In this document: one piece after another, positions 18,872-28,900 of the stretch | How positions within the stretch are numbered: position 1 is the stretch's first letter | Layout: each line of letters opens with the position of its first letter | Virus record (IMG/VR): IMGVR_UViG_3300030433_002377 | Coordinates: 1 to 34,695 of that record | Direction: 5' to 3' (one strand) | Source of the DNA: a virus | Taxonomy: Duplodnaviria; Caudoviricetes | DNA: 34,695 nucleotides | The notes under the pieces: model-generated | Databases searched by the model: none | The model's input: only the letters and a program-made list of their open reading frames with translations | What the model was told of the DNA's origin: nothing | Made by a program: the position numbers and the translations under genes

Positions 18872-19240
18872 ATGGCTGCACCAAACATACTAAATGCAAC
18901 ATCAATTTATGGTAAGTCTATGGGAGCTGCTCTCAGCACCACTGACACTACAGATATTTTGACATGTGCTTCTGATAAAGTTCTTAAGATTAAAAGTATT
19001 TTAGTTTCTAATGTTGATGGAACTAGTAATGCTGCAGCAACAGTATATTTTTATGATAGTAGTGCATCAACTAGATATGCATTAGTAAAAACTGTTAATG
19101 TTCCAGCAGATGCATCTTTAGTTGTGTTAGGAGATAGTTCAATATTATATTTGGAAGAAGGTGATCAAATTGAAGCAGGTGCAAGTGCAGCATCAGATTT
19201 AGAAATAGTTATTGCATACGAAGAACTTGATGATGCCTGA
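18872..19240 (+). CDS. Small beta-rich hypothetical virion protein (122 aa), putative fibre adaptor
   Basis: Alternating hydrophobic beta pattern (ILVSNVDG, VNVPADASLVVL, LYLEEGDQI); sits between fibre and Gly-rich genes with 2-nt gap to next gene. Confidence 0.7.
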   Translation: MAAPNILNATSIYGKSMGAALSTTDTTDILTCASDKVLKIKSILVSNVDGTSNAAATVYFYDSSASTRYALVKTVNVPADASLVVLGDSSILYLEEGDQIEAGASAASDLEIVIAYEELDDA

Positions 19241-19242
19241 CT

Positions 19243-20307
19243 ATGAGATACAACGGTTCTATTAATGGAGTTCAAAATAACTCTTCAGTCACATCATCAC
19301 CTGGGATGTGGTCAATTAATGATGTACAAGAAAACTCAACTGATGCAAACTGGCCAGGAGACGCAACAGGTGGTGTAGCTTCTTTTGAATACCTTATTGT
19401 AGGTGGTGGAGGAGGTGGTGGAGGAGCAACTTCCTCTGACACTGTTGGTGGTGGAGGTGGTGGAGGACAAGTTTTAAGTGGAACTGGTCCTATTAATACA
19501 ACTAGTCCATATAATATAAGCATTGGTGGTGGAGGTTCTGGTGGAAGTGGATTTTCTCCAGGATATAATGGTAGTACAACTACACTTACTGAAAATAATG
19601 CAGGAGTAAATAACTTTCAAGTAGAAGCATTAGGTGGTGGTGGAGGAAGTGGAATTAATGCTAATAGTAATCCTCCAGTTGCTAATGGAGGTGGAGGTTC
19701 TGGTGGAAATGGGTCGAGTAATGGAATAACTGGAACTGCTTATGATGGTGGAAATGGTGGGGCAGATTCAAATCAAAAAGGTGGTGGAGGTGGCGGTGCC
19801 GGAGCAGGAGGGGATGGATATAATGGAGCAGCTGGTGGAGCTGGTGGAGCGGGTGGTACTGGATTGCTTTTCACTATAACTGGAGCAAACGTTTATTATG
19901 GAGCAGGTGGTGGAGGAGGAAGTAATGGTGGCGGTGCCGGAGCAGGAGGAATTGGTGGTGGTGGACCTGGAGGAGCTGCTGATTCAGTTTCTTATTTGAA
20001 GAAAAATGGAGAAAGACCCACCCTTAGAAGCACTGGAGGTGGTGGTGGAGGTGCTGCTGTTTACGGTAGTCAAAATAATAGTGGTAATGGAGGAGCAGGA
20101 GAAAATGGGTGCGTTATATTAAAATATCCAAATATGTATGATCTTCATATGGATTATTGGGAGGGTGGTTCTGGTCCAGACACTCCGATTAATGTAGTGA
20201 TAAAGAATCATCCTAATGGAACTGATAAAGTAGCAACGTTTATAGGAAGATCACAAAATAATATCTATTGGGTGACATCTACATCTGCATCTGCAAAGGA
20301 GATTTAA
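19243..20307 (+). CDS. Glycine-rich protein 1 (polyglycine-II type, putative adhesin/receptor-binding protein)
   Basis: EYLIVGGGGGGG...YYGAGGGGG...GGAGENGCVILKYP architecture; multiple Gly runs separated by variable loops. Confidence 0.72.
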   Translation: MRYNGSINGVQNNSSVTSSPGMWSINDVQENSTDANWPGDATGGVASFEYLIVGGGGGGGGATSSDTVGGGGGGGQVLSGTGPINTTSPYNISIGGGGSGGSGFSPGYNGSTTTLTENNAGVNNFQVEALGGGGGSGINANSNPPVANGGGGSGGNGSSNGITGTAYDGGNGGADSNQKGGGGGGAGAGGDGYNGAAGGAGGAGGTGLLFTITGANVYYGAGGGGGSNGGGAGAGGIGGGGPGGAADSVSYLKKNGERPTLRSTGGGGGGAAVYGSQNNSGNGGAGENGCVILKYPNMYDLHMDYWEGGSGPDTPINVVIKNHPNGTDKVATFIGRSQNNIYWVTSTSASAKEI

Positions 20308-20308
20308 A

Positions 20309-21352
20309 GTGGGAAGAAGAAACGGTTCTATAATAGGAAAAAGAAATGTTGGAGCAGGTGCTACTAGCAATGCATCTGGTGTTTGGGGATTAAATGATAC
20401 TCAACGTGTATCCGCACCAGATAATTCATCTGCTTTAGAATCTAAAGTACAGATTCAATATCTTTTAGTTGGTGGTGGTGGCGGTGGTGCTGGATCAGAT
20501 ACTACTGCAGTTAGAGGTGGTGGTGGAGGTGCTGGTGGTATGAAAGAAGGTACTTTCACTTGCTATAGTGGAACTCAACTTTATATTCAAGTGGGAAATG
20601 GTGGAAGTGGTGGAAGTGATTTTGTGCCAGGAACCACCGGAACTCTGAGCCGAATATCTAGTCCTAATGGTGATATTAAAGCCTTTGGTGGAGGTGGCGG
20701 AAAGGGTTATAATAATTGGTCAAACAATAATAATAGATGGGGAGCATCTGGTGGGGGAATAGATAACCATTCTGGAAATCACTTTAATGCAGTTCCTGGA
20801 TATGTAAATCAAGGAAATCCAGGTGGATACTTATATCCATATTCTTATCCATCAGATTCTAGATCAGCATCTGGTGGTGGTGGTGCTGGAGATAAAGGAG
20901 AAGATGCTGGTAGTTCTTCTGGTGGAGATGGTGGTATAGGTAAACAGAGTTATATCACTGGTACTGGAGTGTATTATGCAGGTGGAGGTGGTGGAGGTGC
21001 CCGTGATGGGCATAGTAGAGGAATGGGTGGATCTGGTGGTGGAGGTAATGGTGGTGTTGCACCACCAGGTTCAACACCAGGTGTTGAAAATGGATATGGT
21101 GGGCAAGCAAATACTGGTGGAGGTGGTGGAGGTGCCGCAACTGGATCTAATTCGCAACATCCAGGACCTGCTAGTGGTGGAGATGGTGGAAGTGGAATTG
21201 TTATTTTGAGATTTCCTGAATCAGTAACATTTCAAGAGACTGGTGCTGGACCGATAACGTATAGTGGTCCAAGTCCAGTTCCTGGAACGGTAGATGAAAG
21301 ATATTATACATTTACAGCTGGAGCTAATTACATAACTTTTACTAGCACGTAA
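20309..21352 (+). CDS. Glycine-rich protein 2 (paralog of the preceding gene)
   Basis: GTG start after AAGGAG; QYLLVGGGGGG...YYAGGGGGG...GGDGGSGIVILRFP; collinear with protein 1. Confidence 0.72.
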   Translation: MGRRNGSIIGKRNVGAGATSNASGVWGLNDTQRVSAPDNSSALESKVQIQYLLVGGGGGGAGSDTTAVRGGGGGAGGMKEGTFTCYSGTQLYIQVGNGGSGGSDFVPGTTGTLSRISSPNGDIKAFGGGGGKGYNNWSNNNNRWGASGGGIDNHSGNHFNAVPGYVNQGNPGGYLYPYSYPSDSRSASGGGGAGDKGEDAGSSSGGDGGIGKQSYITGTGVYYAGGGGGGARDGHSRGMGGSGGGGNGGVAPPGSTPGVENGYGGQANTGGGGGGAATGSNSQHPGPASGGDGGSGIVILRFPESVTFQETGAGPITYSGPSPVPGTVDERYYTFTAGANYITFTST

Positions 21353-21394
21353 TCTTTTTTTAACTGTAGAACTAAAAAACACTATTAAATCTTA

Positions 21395-21402
21395 TCTAAA
21401 TA
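21395..21402 (+). promoter_or_regulatory. T4-type late promoter (TCTAAATA)
   Basis: 7/8 match, 19 nt upstream of gp8 ATG. Confidence 0.65.
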
Positions 21403-21420
21403 AAGAAAAAAGTCCGTCAA

Positions 21421-22974
21421 ATGGCTGCCATTATAACTGATCAGATTAGAATATTAAATGCAGGAAATTTTGTAGATGGAGTTACTAATTCTAGTAACTC
21501 TTACTATTCCTTTATTGGGTTACCAAACCCTGCAGATTATCAAGATGATTGGGATCAAGACCCGCCATCTCCTAAAGATAATTTTGATCAAGAGAATGAT
21601 TATTGGGACACGATGGTTGCTCTCAAAAAAATTAATGCAGCAGACATTAGGCAAGTTGTTCCTAAGAGAGTTTGGTCCTCTGGAACTACCTATGACATGT
21701 ATCGTCATGACTACAGTAGAACAAATACTGCAGTAGTTTCTGGTTCTACATCACTATATCTTGCAAATTATATTGTAATGAATAGTGATTTCAGAGTTTA
21801 CATTTGCCTTCACAATGGAATTGATCCAGATAATCCAAGCGCTAAACCGTCCTTGGATGAACCAACATTTACTGATTTAGAACCAAGATCTGCAGGAACA
21901 AGTGGTGATGGTTATATTTGGAAATATCTTTACAGCATTAGACCAAGTGATGTTGCTAAATTTGAATCAACAGAATACCTCCCAGTTCCTTCTGAATGGT
22001 TGACTTCTACAGATAACTCTGCAGTCAGAGACAATGCTGTTGATGGATCGATCAAAATCATCACTATTACGAATAGAGGTGTTGGATTAGGAACTGCGAA
22101 CACGACATATACTAATGTCCCAATCAGAGGTGACGGATCTGGAGCAGAATGTACTATTACAATTGATGGTAATCAGCAGGTAGGTTCAATAACAGTTTCT
22201 GATCAAGGTTCTGGTTATACTTACGGAAGTGTAGATTTTGTTGCAGGAGGAGTTCCTGTAGGAACTACAAGACCTGAGTTTAATGTCATCATCCCACCTC
22301 AAGGTGGACATGGTGCAAATATTTACAGAGAACTTGGTGCATATAATGTACTTCTTTATTCTAGAATTGAAAATGATACCACTAATCCAGATTTCATAAC
22401 AGGAAATCAAGTTGCAAGAATTGGTATTGTAGAGAATCCTCAGCAGTTTGGATCAACTGATCTTGTTACTGCAGATAAAGCAAGTGCTTTGGGTGCTTTG
22501 AAGTTAGTTGGAACTGGATATAGCACAGTCACCTTTGATCCAGATTCATATTTTACACAAACTATTTCTACAGGAACAACGGCTGTTGGTAGAGTTGTAA
22601 ATTATGATTCTACAACAGGAGTTCTTAAATTCTGGCAAGATAGATCACTGGCAGGATTTGCCACTGTAGGAACTGCACAAACCAATCCAACTTATGGATA
22701 TGAGTTGCAAGAGTTTACTGCAACTCCAGGAACAGGTGGTTCTTTGACAATTACTCCATCTACTGGATTAAACTTGACAATTGATACAAACTTTACAGGT
22801 ATATCTACCGTAATAAATAATAGGACATACTATCTTGGTCAAACTTTTACAAATGGTGTTGCCAATCCTGAGGTCAAGAAGCACTCTGGTAGTATAGTTT
22901 ACGTTGATAATAGACCTTCTATCACAAGATCGTCAAATCAAAAGGAAGACATAAAAGTTATTTTGCAGTTCTAA
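21421..22974 (+). CDS. gp8: Baseplate wedge subunit gp8
   Basis: VVPKRVWSSGTTYDMY, FRVYICLHNG, GDGYIWKYLYSI and C-terminal SGSIVYVDNRPSITRSSNQKEDIKVILQF match gp8 family. Confidence 0.9.
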   Translation: MAAIITDQIRILNAGNFVDGVTNSSNSYYSFIGLPNPADYQDDWDQDPPSPKDNFDQENDYWDTMVALKKINAADIRQVVPKRVWSSGTTYDMYRHDYSRTNTAVVSGSTSLYLANYIVMNSDFRVYICLHNGIDPDNPSAKPSLDEPTFTDLEPRSAGTSGDGYIWKYLYSIRPSDVAKFESTEYLPVPSEWLTSTDNSAVRDNAVDGSIKIITITNRGVGLGTANTTYTNVPIRGDGSGAECTITIDGNQQVGSITVSDQGSGYTYGSVDFVAGGVPVGTTRPEFNVIIPPQGGHGANIYRELGAYNVLLYSRIENDTTNPDFITGNQVARIGIVENPQQFGSTDLVTADKASALGALKLVGTGYSTVTFDPDSYFTQTISTGTTAVGRVVNYDSTTGVLKFWQDRSLAGFATVGTAQTNPTYGYELQEFTATPGTGGSLTITPSTGLNLTIDTNFTGISTVINNRTYYLGQTFTNGVANPEVKKHSGSIVYVDNRPSITRSSNQKEDIKVILQF

Positions 22975-22980
22975 AGAATT

Positions 22981-25900
22981 ATGCCACAACAAACGAACCT
23001 CAATGTATCCCCATACTTTGACGACTTTGACTCGCAAAATGATTATTATAAAGTATTATTCAAGCCAGGGTATCCAATTCAAGCAAGAGAACTAACATCT
23101 CTGCAATCGATATTACAGAATCAGATTGAAAAATTTGGTCAGCACTTTTTTAAAGAAGGTGCTGCTGTAATTCCAGGAAATACTAGTTACAATGGTCAAT
23201 ATTATGGAATTCAGTTGCAGAATAATTACCAAGGAGTTCCAGTTTCTGCATATGCAGATCAATTAGTAGGAACAAAAATTACTGGAGATAGATCGGGAGT
23301 TTCTGCTTTTGTCGATAAAATTCTTTTTCCAGAAGATTCTGATAATGGAAATTTGACACTTTATATCAATTACTTAAACTCAGGTTCTGTAGATAATACC
23401 ACAAGAGAGTTTTTAGATGGAGAAACTTTAGTCTGTAATGAGCAAATTTCTTCAGGTCTTCTCGGAAATTCTGTAATTCCTGCTGGTTCACCATTCGCAT
23501 CAACTATAGATGTCGATGCTACGGTAAATGGTTCTGCATACAATATTGCTGAAGGTATCTATTTCATTAGAGGTTCTTTTGTTAATGTTTCTTCTGAAAC
23601 TCTGATTCTTGATCAATATAGCAATGGACCAAGTTATAGAGTAGGTCTTTTCATTACAGAAGAGATTGTAACTTCAGATATTGACGAATCTTTAAACGAT
23701 AATTCTCAAGGTTTTAGTAATTACTCTGCTCCCGGTGCAGATAGACTTAGAATAACTGCGTCTCTGTTTAAAAAACCTTTAACAGATTTCAATGACGATA
23801 ATTTTGTTCACTTAGATACCATTGAAAATGGTTTATTAGTAAACAGATCCAAAAAAGGTCTCACTATAGGAGCTGGAAGTGTAGCTTATAAAGATCTTGA
23901 AGAAGTTTTGGCAAGAAGAACTTCTGAGGAGTCAGGTGACTACTATGTAAAACCATTCACAATTAGGGCATTAGAATCTCTGAACGATCATCTTGGCAAT
24001 AGAGGTTTATATGAAGAAGGACAAACTACTCCAACTGGTGGCGTAGTTTCTGATAATCTTGGTTTATATAAAGTATCTCCAGGAAAAGCATACGTCAAAG
24101 GATTTTCCGTAGAAACAGTTGGTCCTACAATTATTGACTTTGATAAACCAAGGACTACAAGAACTTTAGAAGGGCAAAATTTAATTTATAATACTGGACC
24201 TACTCTTTCCTTAAATAGAGTTTTTAGATCCCCAACTGTTGGACTTGGCAATACTTATTTTGTAAGTCTCAGAGATCAGAGAGTTGGTTCGGTACAAGAT
24301 CCTGTTACTCATCCAGGAAAAGAAGTTGGAGTTGCTAGGGTATATGACTTTAGACTTGAATCTGGATCATATAATACATCCAATGCAAATTTAAATCAAT
24401 GGGACTTATGTCTGTATGATATACAAACTACTACAGACATTACATTAAATCAAGCAATTAATCTTAGTGTTCCAACTCGTGTAGAGGGTGCTAATAGTGG
24501 AGCTACTGGTTTCTTAAGACATGAAGTTTCTGCAGGAACTGCAGTAACTGTTTATGAAACAAGTGGTTCTTTTGTGACTAACGAGAGACTAATTTTTAAT
24601 GGTATTGATGATGGAAGAATTGCAATAGCAGTTACTGCACATGGAATTTCTGATGCTAAATCTGTATTTGGTGGTGGAGGAAATACTGGAATCAATACTT
24701 TTAGTGCAGATATTATCCCATCAACTTCTTTTGTTGTTGGAATTGCCACTATCAGTCCTGCTGCTAGTGGAATTAGCACTATTATCAGTAAGAATCCAAA
24801 GTTCCCTGGAACTGTTGTTAAAGAAAATGATTTAGTTGAGTATACTGATACTACTTCATTAATTAATGATCCTATTATTGCAAGAGTAACGGGAGTTACC
24901 GCTAACTCAATTACTGTCGAGGGTGTAGAGTCGGTAGGAGGTATTGCTGCTGGAGCATTACCATCCAATATTTTATCAGTTACTGATCTTAGGGTTCTTA
25001 AAACAAAATTCTCTTCATCATCTGATGACACTCTATTCACCCCACTCCCAAAAGATAATATATCATCAGTATCATTAAAAGATGCTTCACTGACAATCAG
25101 AAAAACTTTCACAGTTAATATTTCTGCAAATCAGTTGAGTGGAAGTGGAGTAACAGCAGATACTAATGAAACTTTCCTTCCATTCGATGAAGAAAGATAT
25201 TTACTTACAAGATCTGATGGCACTACAGAAGCACTTTCTTCTGACATGTTTGATATCAGTTCTGATGGGTCTTCCCTTCAGATTAGAAATCTTGGATCCA
25301 ACGATGCTGGATCTACTTTAGTTGCTTCACTAACAAAAATTAAACCAAAATCAAAAGTTAAGATTAAAAACAGAGTCAACTCTATTGTTATTGATAAATC
25401 AAAACTTGAGGGATCTGGTATTGGTGCAACGACTCTTAATAATGGACTGGTTTATGGAAATTATCCATATGGAACTAGAGTTGAAGATGAAGAAATTTCA
25501 TTGAATGTCCCAGATATTGTAGAAATTCATGGAATCTTTGAATCTTCAGGGACGAATGCACCTTCTGCACCTTCATTAACTCTTCAGACTATTAATAGTC
25601 AGTCAACAACTACTGCAGAAATTCTGATCGGTGAGCAGTTAGTTGGACAAACTAGTGGCAGTGCTGCAGTTGCTGTTGAAATTGCAGATAGTAATACTAT
25701 TAAGTATGTACTCAAGAACACAATCGGATTCACTGAAGGCGAAACTGTAGAATTTAAAGAATCTGGAGTTACTGCAATAATATCTGAAAATACATCTTCA
25801 GATAGAGATGTATCTTTAAACTTTACATTTAAGTCTGGTCAGGAAAATACTTTCTATGATTATGGAAGACTTAAAAGAAAATCAAATTCTCTAGCACCTT

Positions 25901-28900
25901 CAAAACAAATTAGAGTTTATTTCTCTAATGCATATTTTGATTCCACTGATGACGGTGATATTACTACAGTAGAATCTTATAAGCAATTTGATTATAAGAA
26001 TGATATTAAAGTGGTTAACGGTAATAGGACAACTGATATTATTGATATAAGACCAAGAGTTTCTAATTACACTGTAAGTGAAAACGTAAGATCTCCTTTA
26101 GAATTTTTTGGAAGGTCTTTTGATAGTGCTGGACAATCTGCTACTAATGTATTAGCTTCTGATGAAGCAATTAGATTAGATTATTCTTACTATCAAGGAA
26201 GAATTGATAGGATTTACTTAACAAAGAGGGGAACTTTCCAGGTAGTTTATGGAACTCCTTCTGATAGTCCTCAACGACCAAATCCAATTGAAGATGCAAT
26301 TGAAATTGCACAAGTTTCATTACCACCATATCTTTATGATACAAAAACAGCTGATATTAAATTCTTAGAATATAAGAGATATCAGATGCGTGATATCAAG
26401 AAACTTGAAGATAGAATTAGAAATCTTGAATATTATACTGCACTTTCTCTTCTTGAAGTAGAAACTGCTAATTTATTTGTTGAAGATGATGAAGGTCTTA
26501 ATAGATTTAAGTCTGGTTTCTTTGTAGACAATTTTACAGACTTTAAAGTCCAAGACACTTTACTGCCTATTAATAACTCTATTGATAGAAAAGCAAAGGT
26601 TTTGAGACCAAGACACTATACGACTGCACTTGATTTGTCCTTTGGTCCAGTTGTTGGAGATACTTCTAACGAAGATGTAAACTTTAATACTATTGAAGGA
26701 ACTAACGTTAGAAAGCAAAATGGTATTTTGACTCTTGATTATGCTGAGAAAGAATTTTTAAAGCAAGCATTTGGAACAAGATCTGAAAGTGTTACACCTT
26801 ACTTGAAGAGTTTCTGGAAGGGAACTCTAGAGATGGTTCCTGCATCCGATGTTTGGGTAGATACTGTTAGATTAGAACCTCAGATTATCGGTGTTGAGGG
26901 TGATTATGCAAGAACATTTGATGATCTAGTTGAGTCTGGTGATATTGATCCTCAGACTGGATTTGGTCCTATTATCTGGGATTCTTGGGAACAAAACTGG
27001 ACTGGATCAAGTTTTGTTGATAGAGATAGAAGAAGAAGTGAAACTCGTGGACTTGGTGGTCGGAGGAGAAGAACTGATATCATTGAAGAAACTCTGAGAA
27101 CTACAACCAGAACTGGAACTAGAACCAGAGATGGACGACAGACAGCAGTTTTTGAATCTTTTGACCAATCTACTATTGGAGATAGAACCGTAAGTAGAGA
27201 TCTTATCCCCTTCATGAGATCTCGTAACGTGGAATTTACTGCAAAGCAGGTTCTTCCACTTTCTACAATGTATGCTTTCTTTGATGGTGTAGATGTAACC
27301 AAGTATTGTGTTCCAAAATTACTTGAAATCTCAATGGTCTCTGGAACCTTCCAAGTTGGTGAAACTGTTGAAGGTGTAATAATTAGAACCGGACAAGGTG
27401 GAAATCAAGTCTCTACTGAAGAATCTGATCCATATATCAGATTTAGAGTTGCTCAACTTAATCATAAGGAAGGTGCATTTGATGCTCCAACAAAAATCTA
27501 TGTAGAGAATCCATATACAAATCAACCAATTTCTGGAACTTATTCTTCTACCTCATCTCTTCTGAATATTGATACTGCATCATTAGCAGAGCAAGTAAGA
27601 GGAGATTTCTTTGGATGGGTAGGAGCTGGAATGGCATTCAGAGGTGAAACAAGTGGAGCAACTGCTACTATTGGCAATATTAAATTAATATCTGATAGGT
27701 CTGCAACTTTGATTGGTAGTTTCTTTATTCCAAATCCTAACAACTCTAGTTTCCCATCATTTGAATCTGGAACCAAGACTCTAACTCTGGTTAATGATCC
27801 TAATAATAATCAGAGAGAATCAACTACGGTTGCTGAAGAAGAATTCAATTCTTCGGGTACTGTTGAAGCAAAACAAGAAACAGTTCTTTCAGTAAGAAAT
27901 GCAAGAGTTGATGTACAAATTGCATCTGAATCAGAACCTATTAGATCTGTTGATACTGCTATTATTGAAAGTAGAGTAGTCAATAGTTGGGAATGGTGGG
28001 TGCCACCTCCACCACCACCTCCACCACCACCACGTCCAAGACCACGTCCAAGAAGATGGCGTGGAGACCCACTGGCACAGTCCTTCTATGTTGGTGAAAA
28101 TGCTGGAGCATTCATAACTAGTTGTGATGTATTCTTCAGTGCTAAAGATGACATGGATGTACCTGTCACTTGTCAGATTAGGACAATGGAAAATGGACAT
28201 CCTTCACAAAAGATTCTTCCATTCTCTGAAGTAGTCTTGGATCCAGATGAAATAACAACTTCATCTGATGGATCAGTTGCAACAAATATTCCATTTAAGG
28301 CACCTGTTTATGTTGAGGCTGGAAATGAGTATTGTGTTATTCTTTTATCAAACTCAGTAAAATATCAGGTCTTCATTTCAAGGGTTGGTGAAAATGATTT
28401 AGTTTCAGATGATTTTGTTGCAACACAACCAACGTTAGGATCTCTGTTCAAATCACAAAACTCATTTACATGGGAACCAAGTCAGTGGGAAGATCTCAAA
28501 TATACTCTTTACAGAGCAGAATTTGAAACCACTGGTAATGTTGAACTCTATAGTCCCGAACTTTCTGAAGGAAATTCTCAGATTCCAAAACTAATGCCAA
28601 ATCCATTAGAAATTGAATCTAGAACTATTAGAGTTGGGTTGGGAACAACTGTTGTAGATTCTTATGAGATTGGTAATACATTCTCTCAACTTGGAACAAA
28701 TGCAACAGGTAATCTGGCAGGAACTGCAGGACCGGCAACAGGAACACTGACGGTCAGCAATGCTGGTATTGGATATACTCCAGCAAGTGGTTCATTTACA
28801 TTCAACGGAGTAAATCTGATTACCTTAACTGGACGTGGAAGGGGTGCAACAGCTAATGTTAGTATTCAAGATGGAAGTATTGCTTCTGCTCCAACTATTG

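Noticed and set aside
19831-19847. Two GCTGGTGG (E. coli Chi) octamers
   Set aside because: Expected from Ala-Gly-Gly codons; Chi sequence is host-specific and not known to apply here
20955-21140. His-rich antisense ORF (MRHLHHLH...)
   Set aside because: Artefact of GGT/GGA glycine codon runs on the opposite strand
21340-21362. T-tract after Gly-rich gene 2 as intrinsic terminator
   Set aside because: No convincing GC-rich stem precedes the T run
24552-25112. 186-aa minus-strand ORF (and the other antisense ORFs in the track)
   Set aside because: Lie wholly opposite long + strand structural genes; composition reflects reverse-complement codon bias; no SD or promoter support
27931-28200. 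Trp-rich antisense ORF (WWWRWWWR)
   Set aside because: Reverse complement of the CCA polyproline tract
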